From positions 1 through 37,361 of the IMG/VR virus record IMGVR_UViG_3300036869_000029: a DNA stretch of 37,361 nt, one strand, 5' to 3'. Of the stretch, positions 1 to 6,920 are shown one piece after another; position 1 is the stretch's first letter; the number at the start of each line of letters is the position of its first letter. Both the position numbers and the translations under genes were made by a program. The DNA is from a virus (lineage: Duplodnaviria; Caudoviricetes). The notes under the pieces are model-generated. The model worked only from the letters and a program-made list of their open reading frames with translations, was not told the DNA's origin and did not search any database.

Positions 1-189
1 GAAAGCGCAAACGTGGGCGTGATGCGGGAAAGCGCAAACGTGGGCGAGATGTGGGAAAGCGCAAACGTGGGCGTGATGCGGGAAAGCGCAAACGTGGGCG
101 TGATGTGGGGAAGCGCAAAAGTGGGCGAGATGTGGGGAAGCGCAAACGTGGGCGTGATGCGGGAAAGCGCAAAAGTGGGCGTGATAAAT
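1..189 (+). repeat. Tandem 27-bp coding repeat, 7 units visible (last degenerate)
   Basis: Units start at 1, 28, 55, 82, 109, 136 and 163; consensus GRA AGC GCA AAM GTG GGC GWG ATG YGG. Confidence 0.95.
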
Positions 190-306
190 GATTTGACAGT
201 TATACGTAAATTTTCAAATGATGCAAAAATTTTAAAACATATTGGTCCTAACGCGTTAATTTTGGACTACACCGGAGATATTGTTAAAGTCATAAAAAAT
301 AAATGA
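1..306 (+). CDS. 5'-truncated repeat protein with 9-aa (ESANVGVMR-type) repeats, probable beta-solenoid
   Basis: Frame is open from base 1 to TGA at 304-306; seven 9-aa units precede a unique C-terminus. Confidence 0.8.
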   Translation, partial: ESANVGVMRESANVGEMWESANVGVMRESANVGVMWGSAKVGEMWGSANVGVMRESAKVGVINDLTVIRKFSNDAKILKHIGPNALILDYTGDIVKVIKNK

Positions 307-353
307 TTTGTTAATGATTACCGCTTGTTGGGAAAAATTAATAAAATGCACAC

Positions 354-426
354 AGGCGGCGACCGCACGCGGCGGACCCAACAAACGGCAGGCTCCGGGA
401 ATTCCCCCTCCCGATCCTGCCCGCCT
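354..426. ncRNA. GC-rich structured intergenic element A
   Basis: AGGCGG(354-359)/CCGCCT(421-426); GGCAGG(387-392)/CCTGCC(416-421); CGGGA/TCCCG with loop ATTCCCCC; shares three motifs with 31010-31098. Confidence 0.4.
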
Positions 427-454
427 ATTTACAATAGCGAAAGAATTTTAATGA

Positions 455-664
455 ATGGTGGTGATTGATATGCCTAGAGACAATTTCATGGCCAACGACC
501 CGCAGTCGTGGGATAGGATTTTTGGTGAGAAAGAAAAACAAAAGCATCCCGAGGGATCACTCGAAGCAGCCATGGATTGGGCGATAGCCATGACTAGTTG
601 TCCGGACGGTTCTCCCATGATGTGCGACGAGCAGGGAAACATTATTCCGCAAGGGGAGGTTTAG
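455..664 (+). CDS. hypothetical protein
   Basis: 69-aa ORF in the + strand gene train; start may be the ATG at 470. Confidence 0.55.
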   Translation: MVVIDMPRDNFMANDPQSWDRIFGEKEKQKHPEGSLEAAMDWAIAMTSCPDGSPMMCDEQGNIIPQGEV

Positions 665-666
665 AC

Positions 667-930
667 ATGTGGTGGATCATCGGAGCGTTAGTGTGGTTGT
701 TGGCGATGGCGGTAATTGTAATGTTCTTCATGGGTACGGGAGAGTTAAATGTTGGAGATGAAGTTTTTGTTGAAATGGATGACGGAACATTTAAGCCAGG
801 GAAAATAATTGGGAAGGAAATTATCTCTTCCGGCCCTATACTCCGCAGTGATAAACCGGATCAGGACGGAGATATACTCGATATGCGCCACCCACACAAC
901 AAAAAAATAAAAAAACGTAAAAGAAATTAA
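667..930 (+). CDS. small membrane-anchored hypothetical protein
   Basis: GGAGGT SD at 655-660, ATG at 667; N-terminal hydrophobic helix WWIIGALVWLLAMAVIVMFF. Confidence 0.65.
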   Translation: MWWIIGALVWLLAMAVIVMFFMGTGELNVGDEVFVEMDDGTFKPGKIIGKEIISSGPILRSDKPDQDGDILDMRHPHNKKIKKRKRN

Positions 931-935
931 TTAAC

Positions 936-964
936 TTGAAATTGGACGGTAATTGGATGATAAT
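936..964 (+). promoter_or_regulatory. sigma70-type promoter
   Basis: TTGAAA(936-941), 17 bp, GATAAT(959-964) in an intergenic gap ahead of AAGGAG and ATG 1002. Confidence 0.5.
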
Positions 965-1001
965 TACGGCGTAGTGAATTTTAAAAAAGGAGAATTTAAA
1001 A

Positions 1002-1262
1002 ATGGTTGAACTTGGAAAAGAATATAAAGACGCGGTGACAGGATTCAAAGGTATTGCTATTGCAAAATGTGAATGGCTAAATGGATGTTCGAGAATCACG
1101 CTTCAACCGAAATGTGATAAAACCGGTAAAATTCCAGATAACGCAACGTTTGATGAACCGCAACTTGTTTTCGTGGGAAGTCGAGAAGTAAAACGTGGTA
1201 AAAATGATACGGGCGGTCCGTTGGATATTAAACTGCAACAAAACGTAACACCACAGCGATAA
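1002..1262 (+). CDS. conserved-looking phage hypothetical protein
   Basis: Strong SD AAGGAG; the pattern LG..KD.VTGFKG...GC...FDE..L..GGP is common in phage small proteins (from recall). Confidence 0.8.
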   Translation: MVELGKEYKDAVTGFKGIAIAKCEWLNGCSRITLQPKCDKTGKIPDNATFDEPQLVFVGSREVKRGKNDTGGPLDIKLQQNVTPQR

Positions 1263-1308
1263 CATCAAAGTGAATTTAAAAAGGGCGCATGCCCGGAAAG
1301 GGGAAACC

Positions 1309-1539
1309 ATGGCAGGGAGACCGTTAAAATTACGCACGGCGTTTGAAATGTCTGTCGAGTTAGGAATTAATCAGGACGACATTGCGAAAGCGATCAAAGT
1401 GACAAAAGTTACGGCGAACAGCAAGAAGGGCGGGGCCAACACTTACGACGGAGCAGCGTTCGCAAAGGTGAAAAAGGCGTTGAAGGTTAAGAAGGCGGCA
1501 AAGATCGAAGAGAAGACCGAAGAACCGGCGCAGGCTTAA
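1309..1539 (+). CDS. small basic protein, putative (winged) HTH nucleic-acid-binding
   Basis: AAGGGG SD then ATG 1309; TAFEMSVELGINQDDIAKAI is HTH-like; Lys/Ala-rich tail. Confidence 0.6.
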   Translation: MAGRPLKLRTAFEMSVELGINQDDIAKAIKVTKVTANSKKGGANTYDGAAFAKVKKALKVKKAAKIEEKTEEPAQA

Positions 1540-1544
1540 GCGGG

Positions 1545-1715
1545 GAAGTATTTTAAATGCTATCTTGAGAAACGAAGGTCACGAGTCACGAAATCCTTGG
1601 CATTCGAGATACAAGCGCGTGACTAAACTCTGAACCGGCTACAGATTTTGTAAGTATGTGGATGGCGGAGATTAACCATCGGAGTGAGTCTGTAACATAT
1701 AGCCTAACTGACTTC
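1545..1715 (+). ncRNA. candidate structured ncRNA with multiple pseudoknots
   Basis: Non-coding gap with at least 8 complementary segment pairs, two in H-type pseudoknot topology (see findings). Confidence 0.55.
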
Positions 1716-1728
1716 AATTTTTAATATC

Positions 1729-1763
1729 AGGGTGGGGGTGCGAATACCACTCTCACCCTTTTT
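1729..1763 (+). terminator. intrinsic terminator
   Basis: AGGGTGGGGGTG(1729-1740)/CACTCTCACCCT(1748-1759), 12 bp with two G-U pairs, followed by a T-run. Confidence 0.7.
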
Positions 1764-1787
1764 AATTTGTCGAAGGGGGAAAAGGTT

Positions 1788-1976
1788 ATGATAGGCAATA
1801 AACCAATTCATGTTAGCGGGAATATGACGGTGCTTTGTGGTAACTGTAAAAAATATTACTCTCGGTGGTTTAATGATTTTTCTGATGTTGTTGAAAAGCA
1901 AATTAAACAATGGCGTGGTTGGTGTCCTGAATGTATTGAAAAACTTAAACAAGAAGAAGCAAAAAAACATGATTGA
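1788..1976 (+). CDS. small zinc-ribbon protein
   Basis: CGNC...CPEC; ATG 1788 after GGGGG. Confidence 0.6.
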   Translation: MIGNKPIHVSGNMTVLCGNCKKYYSRWFNDFSDVVEKQIKQWRGWCPECIEKLKQEEAKKHD

Positions 1977-1998
1977 CAAGGAAGCGGGTAAAAATTAA

Positions 1999-2145
1999 AT
2001 GGAAGGCCAATCATTGAAATGCACTTACTGCCGAAAACGTGCAGTAAAAAGCGTGGTAGTCAAAAGCGAGCGCGTTGACCTATGCAATAAGCATAAGCGC
2101 GTCGAAATCAAAGACGTGAAAAAGTATTCTAATTTAGACTCATAA
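1999..2145 (+). CDS. small zinc-finger-like protein (48 aa, not in ORF track)
   Basis: MEGQSLKCTYC...LCNKH..., read manually; fills the gap between neighbouring genes. Confidence 0.5.
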   Translation: MEGQSLKCTYCRKRAVKSVVVKSERVDLCNKHKRVEIKDVKKYSNLDS

Positions 2146-2161
2146 AAGCGCAAAGGTTAAA

Positions 2162-2764
2162 ATGGAAAACGAAAATGCGGAAAATACCGGAAAAAAAACC
2201 GGATTGAAAAATCTTCGTCCTCCATGGAAACCTGGTGAGGCAGTTCCGGGAGCAGGTAGACCAAAGGGAGTAAAAGCTTGGGCAACTGTTTTTAAAGAAC
2301 TCCTTGAAATGACGCCACTTGAAATAAAAAAGTCAACCGGATTTGAAGTACCGCAAAACATCGCTAAAAATAAACTACAGTATGCAATTGCAATGAGGGC
2401 CATTGAAAGCGCGTTAAAAGGTGACATGCGGGCGCTGGAAGCAATCACAGATAGAATGGATGGCAAGCCGGGTCAACCGATAACCGTTAATAAAGGCGAG
2501 AATGAAAATTTGCTACCCGCATCCGATATGCCGCCACAGTTGCGAATTGAATTGGCCCGAGAGATGATTGCTGAGGCCGAGGCAGAGATTGCAGCGAGTG
2601 AAGCGGCGAAGGAAATAGACATAACGCCAAAGGTGGAATCAATAGATGAAAAATTTAGAAGCGATGGCGGCGGAGAACGTGGAGCAGAAGTTACGCGAGA
2701 ATGCGGATCGACAGTTTGCGGAGCAAATGAAGCTGCGGGGATTGACGCACAATCCGAAGTGTAA
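2162..2764 (+). CDS. terS: terminase small subunit (DUF5681-like N-terminus)
   Basis: NLRPPWKPG...GRPKG motif and A..GD..A...I.DR.DGKP helix typical of this TerS class; lies upstream of the head genes. Confidence 0.7.
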   Translation: MENENAENTGKKTGLKNLRPPWKPGEAVPGAGRPKGVKAWATVFKELLEMTPLEIKKSTGFEVPQNIAKNKLQYAIAMRAIESALKGDMRALEAITDRMDGKPGQPITVNKGENENLLPASDMPPQLRIELAREMIAEAEAEIAASEAAKEIDITPKVESIDEKFRSDGGGERGAEVTRECGSTVCGANEAAGIDAQSEV

Positions 2765-2879
2765 GCATTGCGTGAATGGGCGCATTGGTTATACGCATCG
2801 CATTGCAGGGCAGAGAGTTATGCCAATGGTCATAGTTTGCCCATGTGTTCATCCAATAAACCAAAACGAGGTGAATTAA
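2646..2879 (+). CDS. small Cys-rich (CxxC...CxC) protein overlapping the terS 3' end
   Basis: AAGGTGG SD upstream, CKHC...CPC, stop abuts ATG 2880. Confidence 0.65.
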   Translation: MKNLEAMAAENVEQKLRENADRQFAEQMKLRGLTHNPKCKHCVNGRIGYTHRIAGQRVMPMVIVCPCVHPINQNEVN

Positions 2880-3263
2880 ATGGAAAAATTTTTCAATACA
2901 CTTTTGGAAATGGTACAGAGTGGGGCAACATTTATACAAGGACAGTTACCGGATTATGTAAATCAGTTATTGCTTTTCGTATTTTGGCAAAGGATAACGG
3001 GAATTTTAATTTGGACTATAATTTTAATGGTTATGATAATCACACTTTTCATAACGTTAAAATTGATTAAGAAAAATAAAATTAAGGATCTTGATGAAAA
3101 ACCTGCGTATGTGGCATCACTTATTTTGTGTGGATTTACGGCTTTGGTTTTATTAATGACTGGCGTACTATGCGTCCCGGAGGCAATTTCTGATTTAATT
3201 AAAATAAAAGTTGCTCCCAAGGTTTTCGTGGTTGATTATTTGCGTGAAATGATTAAAAAATAA
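2880..3263 (+). CDS. two-TM membrane protein, paralog of the ORF at 37073
   Basis: GAGG SD; two hydrophobic helices; N-terminus aligns with 37073..end. Confidence 0.8.
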   Translation: MEKFFNTLLEMVQSGATFIQGQLPDYVNQLLLFVFWQRITGILIWTIILMVMIITLFITLKLIKKNKIKDLDEKPAYVASLILCGFTALVLLMTGVLCVPEAISDLIKIKVAPKVFVVDYLREMIKK

Positions 3264-3276
3264 AAGGAGAAATATC

Positions 3277-3567
3277 ATGTCAGTGATTGATTTTGATAAA
3301 CTCAAAAAAGAGCAAGCCTCGGAAACGGATCAACCTAAAGATCAATCCGCAAAGATAATCACAATTACGCTATACCCAAACGGACAACTTCACGCAGATT
3401 GCAAAGGAATAGTTCCCGTTGAAATATTTGGCATGATGCACGAGGCCAAACGCATAATCACTCGCCAGATCGAATTTAACGAGGCCATGGCGGCACAAGA
3501 TGAAATTCGCAAGGCGCAAGAGTTGGCGGCAGTCCGGTCAGCATTGGCTAATCCGAAAAAGGGGTGA
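3277..3567 (+). CDS. hypothetical protein
   Basis: AAGGAG SD, 96 aa. Confidence 0.75.
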   Translation: MSVIDFDKLKKEQASETDQPKDQSAKIITITLYPNGQLHADCKGIVPVEIFGMMHEAKRIITRQIEFNEAMAAQDEIRKAQELAAVRSALANPKKG

Positions 3568-3570
3568 ATT

Positions 3571-3870
3571 ATGAGTTTATTAAAGATTTGTGGAAATTGT
3601 ATATTTTTTGAAGGACAAGAGTGTCATAGGCATGCTCCGGTATATCCGGTACACTCTGATTCTTCATTAAATTCAGGAAAATTCCCCAAAGTTGCTTTAT
3701 TTAATTGGTGCGGGGATTTTATTGCAAATCAAGCAGAAAATAAAAAAAGAGATTTTAGTAAAAATACCATAAAAAGTTTCCTTGATCAAACTGCTGAAAA
3801 AATACAAAAAGAAGCCATTAGAAATTACAAAAAAAATATTATGGGAATAAATAAAAAAGAGGGCAAATAG
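3571..3870 (+). CDS. hypothetical Cys-containing phage protein
   Basis: CxxC...C.RHAP...WCGDF pattern; GGGGTG SD. Confidence 0.75.
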   Translation: MSLLKICGNCIFFEGQECHRHAPVYPVHSDSSLNSGKFPKVALFNWCGDFIANQAENKKRDFSKNTIKSFLDQTAEKIQKEAIRNYKKNIMGINKKEGK

Positions 3871-4092
3871 ATGCCTCCTAAACTAACGCGCGATAAGGCG
3901 TTTAAATCACTAACCGAAAAGATCACCGCTGCCAAAACGCACCGGGAAGCGCAAAATATATTTAACGGTTCAAAAAACATATTGGCGTTGACCAACGAGG
4001 ACATTTCAAAACTTCAAGACTTGGTATGCCAAAAGCCAATGTGGGTAATTGGCAAGCGCGGAGGTAAATTAGGCAGGCCAATAAAAACATAA
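3871..4092 (+). CDS. hypothetical basic protein
   Basis: GAGG SD, abuts the previous stop. Confidence 0.65.
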   Translation: MPPKLTRDKAFKSLTEKITAAKTHREAQNIFNGSKNILALTNEDISKLQDLVCQKPMWVIGKRGGKLGRPIKT

Positions 4093-4136
4093 ACTTTGTG
4101 CTTTACAAAATGCCTAGATAAGTTTGTATTACGACC

Positions 4137-6920
4137 ATGCCAAAGAACTCACTCGCATGGGAGAAAATAAAGGCGTGGGGGCGCGGTGTAAAATACCGTA
4201 GCCGAGATTATTTTTTTTCTATAACCAATCCAGCCAAACAAGATCGCGGTTCAGCATACATTGATAAAAATTTAATCGCCAGTGAAGCCGGAACGATCAA
4301 ACCTGGTTTTTACAATTCCCTTAACGAGTTCTTCCCTGGGCAATACTCATTCAAGCCGAACATTTCACAACCTAAAATCTTAACCGCCGTGGATAAATCC
4401 GGTAATGTGCAAGCATTCAATCGAGATATTGGATCCGAGTATAAGCAATATTTGGTGACTAAATCGCTCGTATTCGATTCAGACTATGTTCCCGATGTTC
4501 CCGTATACTACAATCCAGAATTGATAAATTATTACGTTGTGCGCATGCAAATGTATTACTCCTATTTGGCATCCCACAAAGTAATTTCTCCGTTATTCCG
4601 GGCGATTGAATATATTTCGAAAGAAATTAATCACAATACGTTGGGAATATTTAAGCGCGAAAAAGAAGATAAAGGCGAAAGCGTACTTAAAAAATCACCC
4701 ATTCCCTATGATGAATTGCGAAACAATCCTCGCCTATCGTTTTTTAATAACACGGATGCAAGCGGTGATTTCCGAGATTTTCTGCAATTATTTTTACAGC
4801 ACTATTTGATTACTGGCAACGTTTATATCATGGGAGATAAGAAGTTTAAAACTAAGCAGGGATTCGGTACGTTCGTTGCCTTGCCTCCTCAATTTGTTAC
4901 CGCCGAAATGGGCCTTGATTTTAAAACAAAATATTATCGTTATCGTCCAGGCGTAAGTACGGGATTTGTTGATGCTCGTGACGGTAAAAATGGCAACGAT
5001 GTAATTTCACTCACCGGGAACAATGAAATCGCTGGAAACAAAGACGTCGGCCTTTACACTGAATTAATCATACCGCCTGAAATGATTATCCATATCAAGC
5101 GCACACCGAATGCCTTACTTCCCATTTACGGTGTCGGCATCGTCGAGGCTAACGAGCCTATATTCCAGCAATATTTAATTCTTAATCGGCAGCTCGAACA
5201 CTGGATGAAAAACTCGGCGCATCCGTGCGGGTTCATTGGGCAAGATGATGCGGCCATTAAGCAACCACTTTTTGTTGGCACCAAAGAGCAGGTAAAACAA
5301 GCGCTCAATGATTTAGAATCAACGATTACCGGAAAATTCAACCGTGGCCGCATTGCTATGCTTCCGCCTGGTCTCAAATGGTACGACGCTAAACCATCTT
5401 CGCCCACTGAAATTATTGACACCATGGATTATGTTGCGCGTTCAATTTTGCAGTTGTTTAATTTACCGGCAACATTGTGGTCAAAAACCGGCGCTGAGTT
5501 GCCGCGCTACAATAACATGCACGAATTGACGCAGACGTGCCGCGAGACGACGATCAAGGAATGCTTGGACGCTCTAAAAGTTGTGTGCAATAAAATTTTA
5601 GAGTTTCAAGGATTGTCGGAAGAATATTATTGGGATTACGTTGGTGAATCTTCATACACTCCCGAGATGTTGCAATCTCTTGTTAAAGACGGAATGATTA
5701 CGCGCAACATGGCGCTTAAACTTATGGGCTTGCCGCCGATGACTGGACCAGGAAATGAAAACGCCGATAAGCTTATGGTTATGCAAACCATAACCCCGCT
5801 TGAATATGCTGGAATTGCTCGCAAGGAATCCGAAGAAACTACCGACTTGGCAAACGATCCGAGCATAGTGGATAAATTGCCTGCCAAGGTTGAACCCGGC
5901 GCTGATAAGCCTAAACCGCAAGGCACTGACAAAACGTCAATTACTAAAAAGGCCAACGTAACTTATCAGCCCCGCGTTAAATCTTGGAGGGATACCAATG
6001 CAGGCGGATGGATAAGCGCACCCAACGGAACCGTTTGGAAAGCACTGGATGCCAAGCGCAATGTTAAAAAAATACGCGAGGATATGCACCGTCTTAAAAA
6101 GGCCACACTCAAGAAGCACGGCAAAGGAATAACCGAGCGCCTTGTCAAGCATCTATCCGATACCGCCCATGATACCATGCACGAGTTTACGAAATGCAAG
6201 GCGCAATATGAAGCGTTGGCCGACAAGTTTCCAGGAGTGAAAAAAGCGCGCCATTCTGATGATATGGGCGTAAATGTTCGCAAATTCACGTATCAGATTT
6301 ACGATGCTGATTCTGACGCGGATGGGTTAAACGATATCTTGCAAGACGGTTATTCGGCAGTTGGCGCCGATGCCATGGGAAACATAGCGGGAACGCTAAC
6401 AATTGCTTTGTCGTCCGATGGTGGTAAGCAAATTTCAAAATATGTCAATGTTGACGTTGCGGATCGTGCTGCTCGCATGACAAAAACTTCACGCGATTCC
6501 ATTGAGGATGCACTCAAGGATAGCCTGGAATCCGGTGACTCATGGGGTGGGGCGGCAAACAAAATTTATAATGAGCTTTCCGGTGATTTGGAAAACTATG
6601 TTGACCCTGAAACCGGAGCGATTACCGGAACCATTGACGATTCAGCTCGGCTATATGATCGCGCCGAGACAATAAGTCGTACTGAATTAGGTCGAGCTTA
6701 TGATCGCGCCACGATGAAAATGATGAAAGACGCAGACGTGGCAAAGAGCTATATGGTTATCGGTTGTGAGGATAGCGAAACCGATTGCAACGCCACGGAT
6801 ATTTTACCCGAGGAATTGGATACGCTTGAATTTCACCCGAACCACGGTGGATCAATAGTTGTTCAAGAGTTTTCAAATGATTTTGGTCAAGATGATTCAG
6901 ACGAAGGCGGTGAAGAATAA
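4137..6920 (+). CDS. portal protein (HK97-like) fused to a MuF/SPP1 gp7-like head morphogenesis domain
   Basis: Portal motifs YLITGNVYI, LPPQFV, IIHIK, YG.G.V, N.G.I..L..GL.W; C-terminal RAETISRTE...FHPN (MuF-like). Confidence 0.8.
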   Translation: MPKNSLAWEKIKAWGRGVKYRSRDYFFSITNPAKQDRGSAYIDKNLIASEAGTIKPGFYNSLNEFFPGQYSFKPNISQPKILTAVDKSGNVQAFNRDIGSEYKQYLVTKSLVFDSDYVPDVPVYYNPELINYYVVRMQMYYSYLASHKVISPLFRAIEYISKEINHNTLGIFKREKEDKGESVLKKSPIPYDELRNNPRLSFFNNTDASGDFRDFLQLFLQHYLITGNVYIMGDKKFKTKQGFGTFVALPPQFVTAEMGLDFKTKYYRYRPGVSTGFVDARDGKNGNDVISLTGNNEIAGNKDVGLYTELIIPPEMIIHIKRTPNALLPIYGVGIVEANEPIFQQYLILNRQLEHWMKNSAHPCGFIGQDDAAIKQPLFVGTKEQVKQALNDLESTITGKFNRGRIAMLPPGLKWYDAKPSSPTEIIDTMDYVARSILQLFNLPATLWSKTGAELPRYNNMHELTQTCRETTIKECLDALKVVCNKILEFQGLSEEYYWDYVGESSYTPEMLQSLVKDGMITRNMALKLMGLPPMTGPGNENADKLMVMQTITPLEYAGIARKESEETTDLANDPSIVDKLPAKVEPGADKPKPQGTDKTSITKKANVTYQPRVKSWRDTNAGGWISAPNGTVWKALDAKRNVKKIREDMHRLKKATLKKHGKGITERLVKHLSDTAHDTMHEFTKCKAQYEALADKFPGVKKARHSDDMGVNVRKFTYQIYDADSDADGLNDILQDGYSAVGADAMGNIAGTLTIALSSDGGKQISKYVNVDVADRAARMTKTSRDSIEDALKDSLESGDSWGGAANKIYNELSGDLENYVDPETGAITGTIDDSARLYDRAETISRTELGRAYDRATMKMMKDADVAKSYMVIGCEDSETDCNATDILPEELDTLEFHPNHGGSIVVQEFSNDFGQDDSDEGGEE

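Noticed and set aside
1-189. Possible CRISPR array or DGR variable repeat
   Set aside because: Units are contiguous with no spacers, are in-frame coding, and vary at non-adenine sites too; no reverse transcriptase is in the window.
1559-1704. SAM-I riboswitch, twister ribozyme or group I intron assignment for the structured RNA
   Set aside because: Only fragments resemble these consensus motifs; the required helix order and conserved cores could not be matched by eye.
1729-1760. tRNA or tmRNA 3' end suggested by GGTGCGAATACC
   Set aside because: No acceptor, D or anticodon arms or tmRNA termini could be built; a 12-bp terminator hairpin explains it better.
2135-2163. TAGACT-17-TAAAAT promoter for terS
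   Set aside because: The -10 overlaps the annotated ATG, so it would require a later start (TTG 2204); this cannot be resolved from sequence alone.
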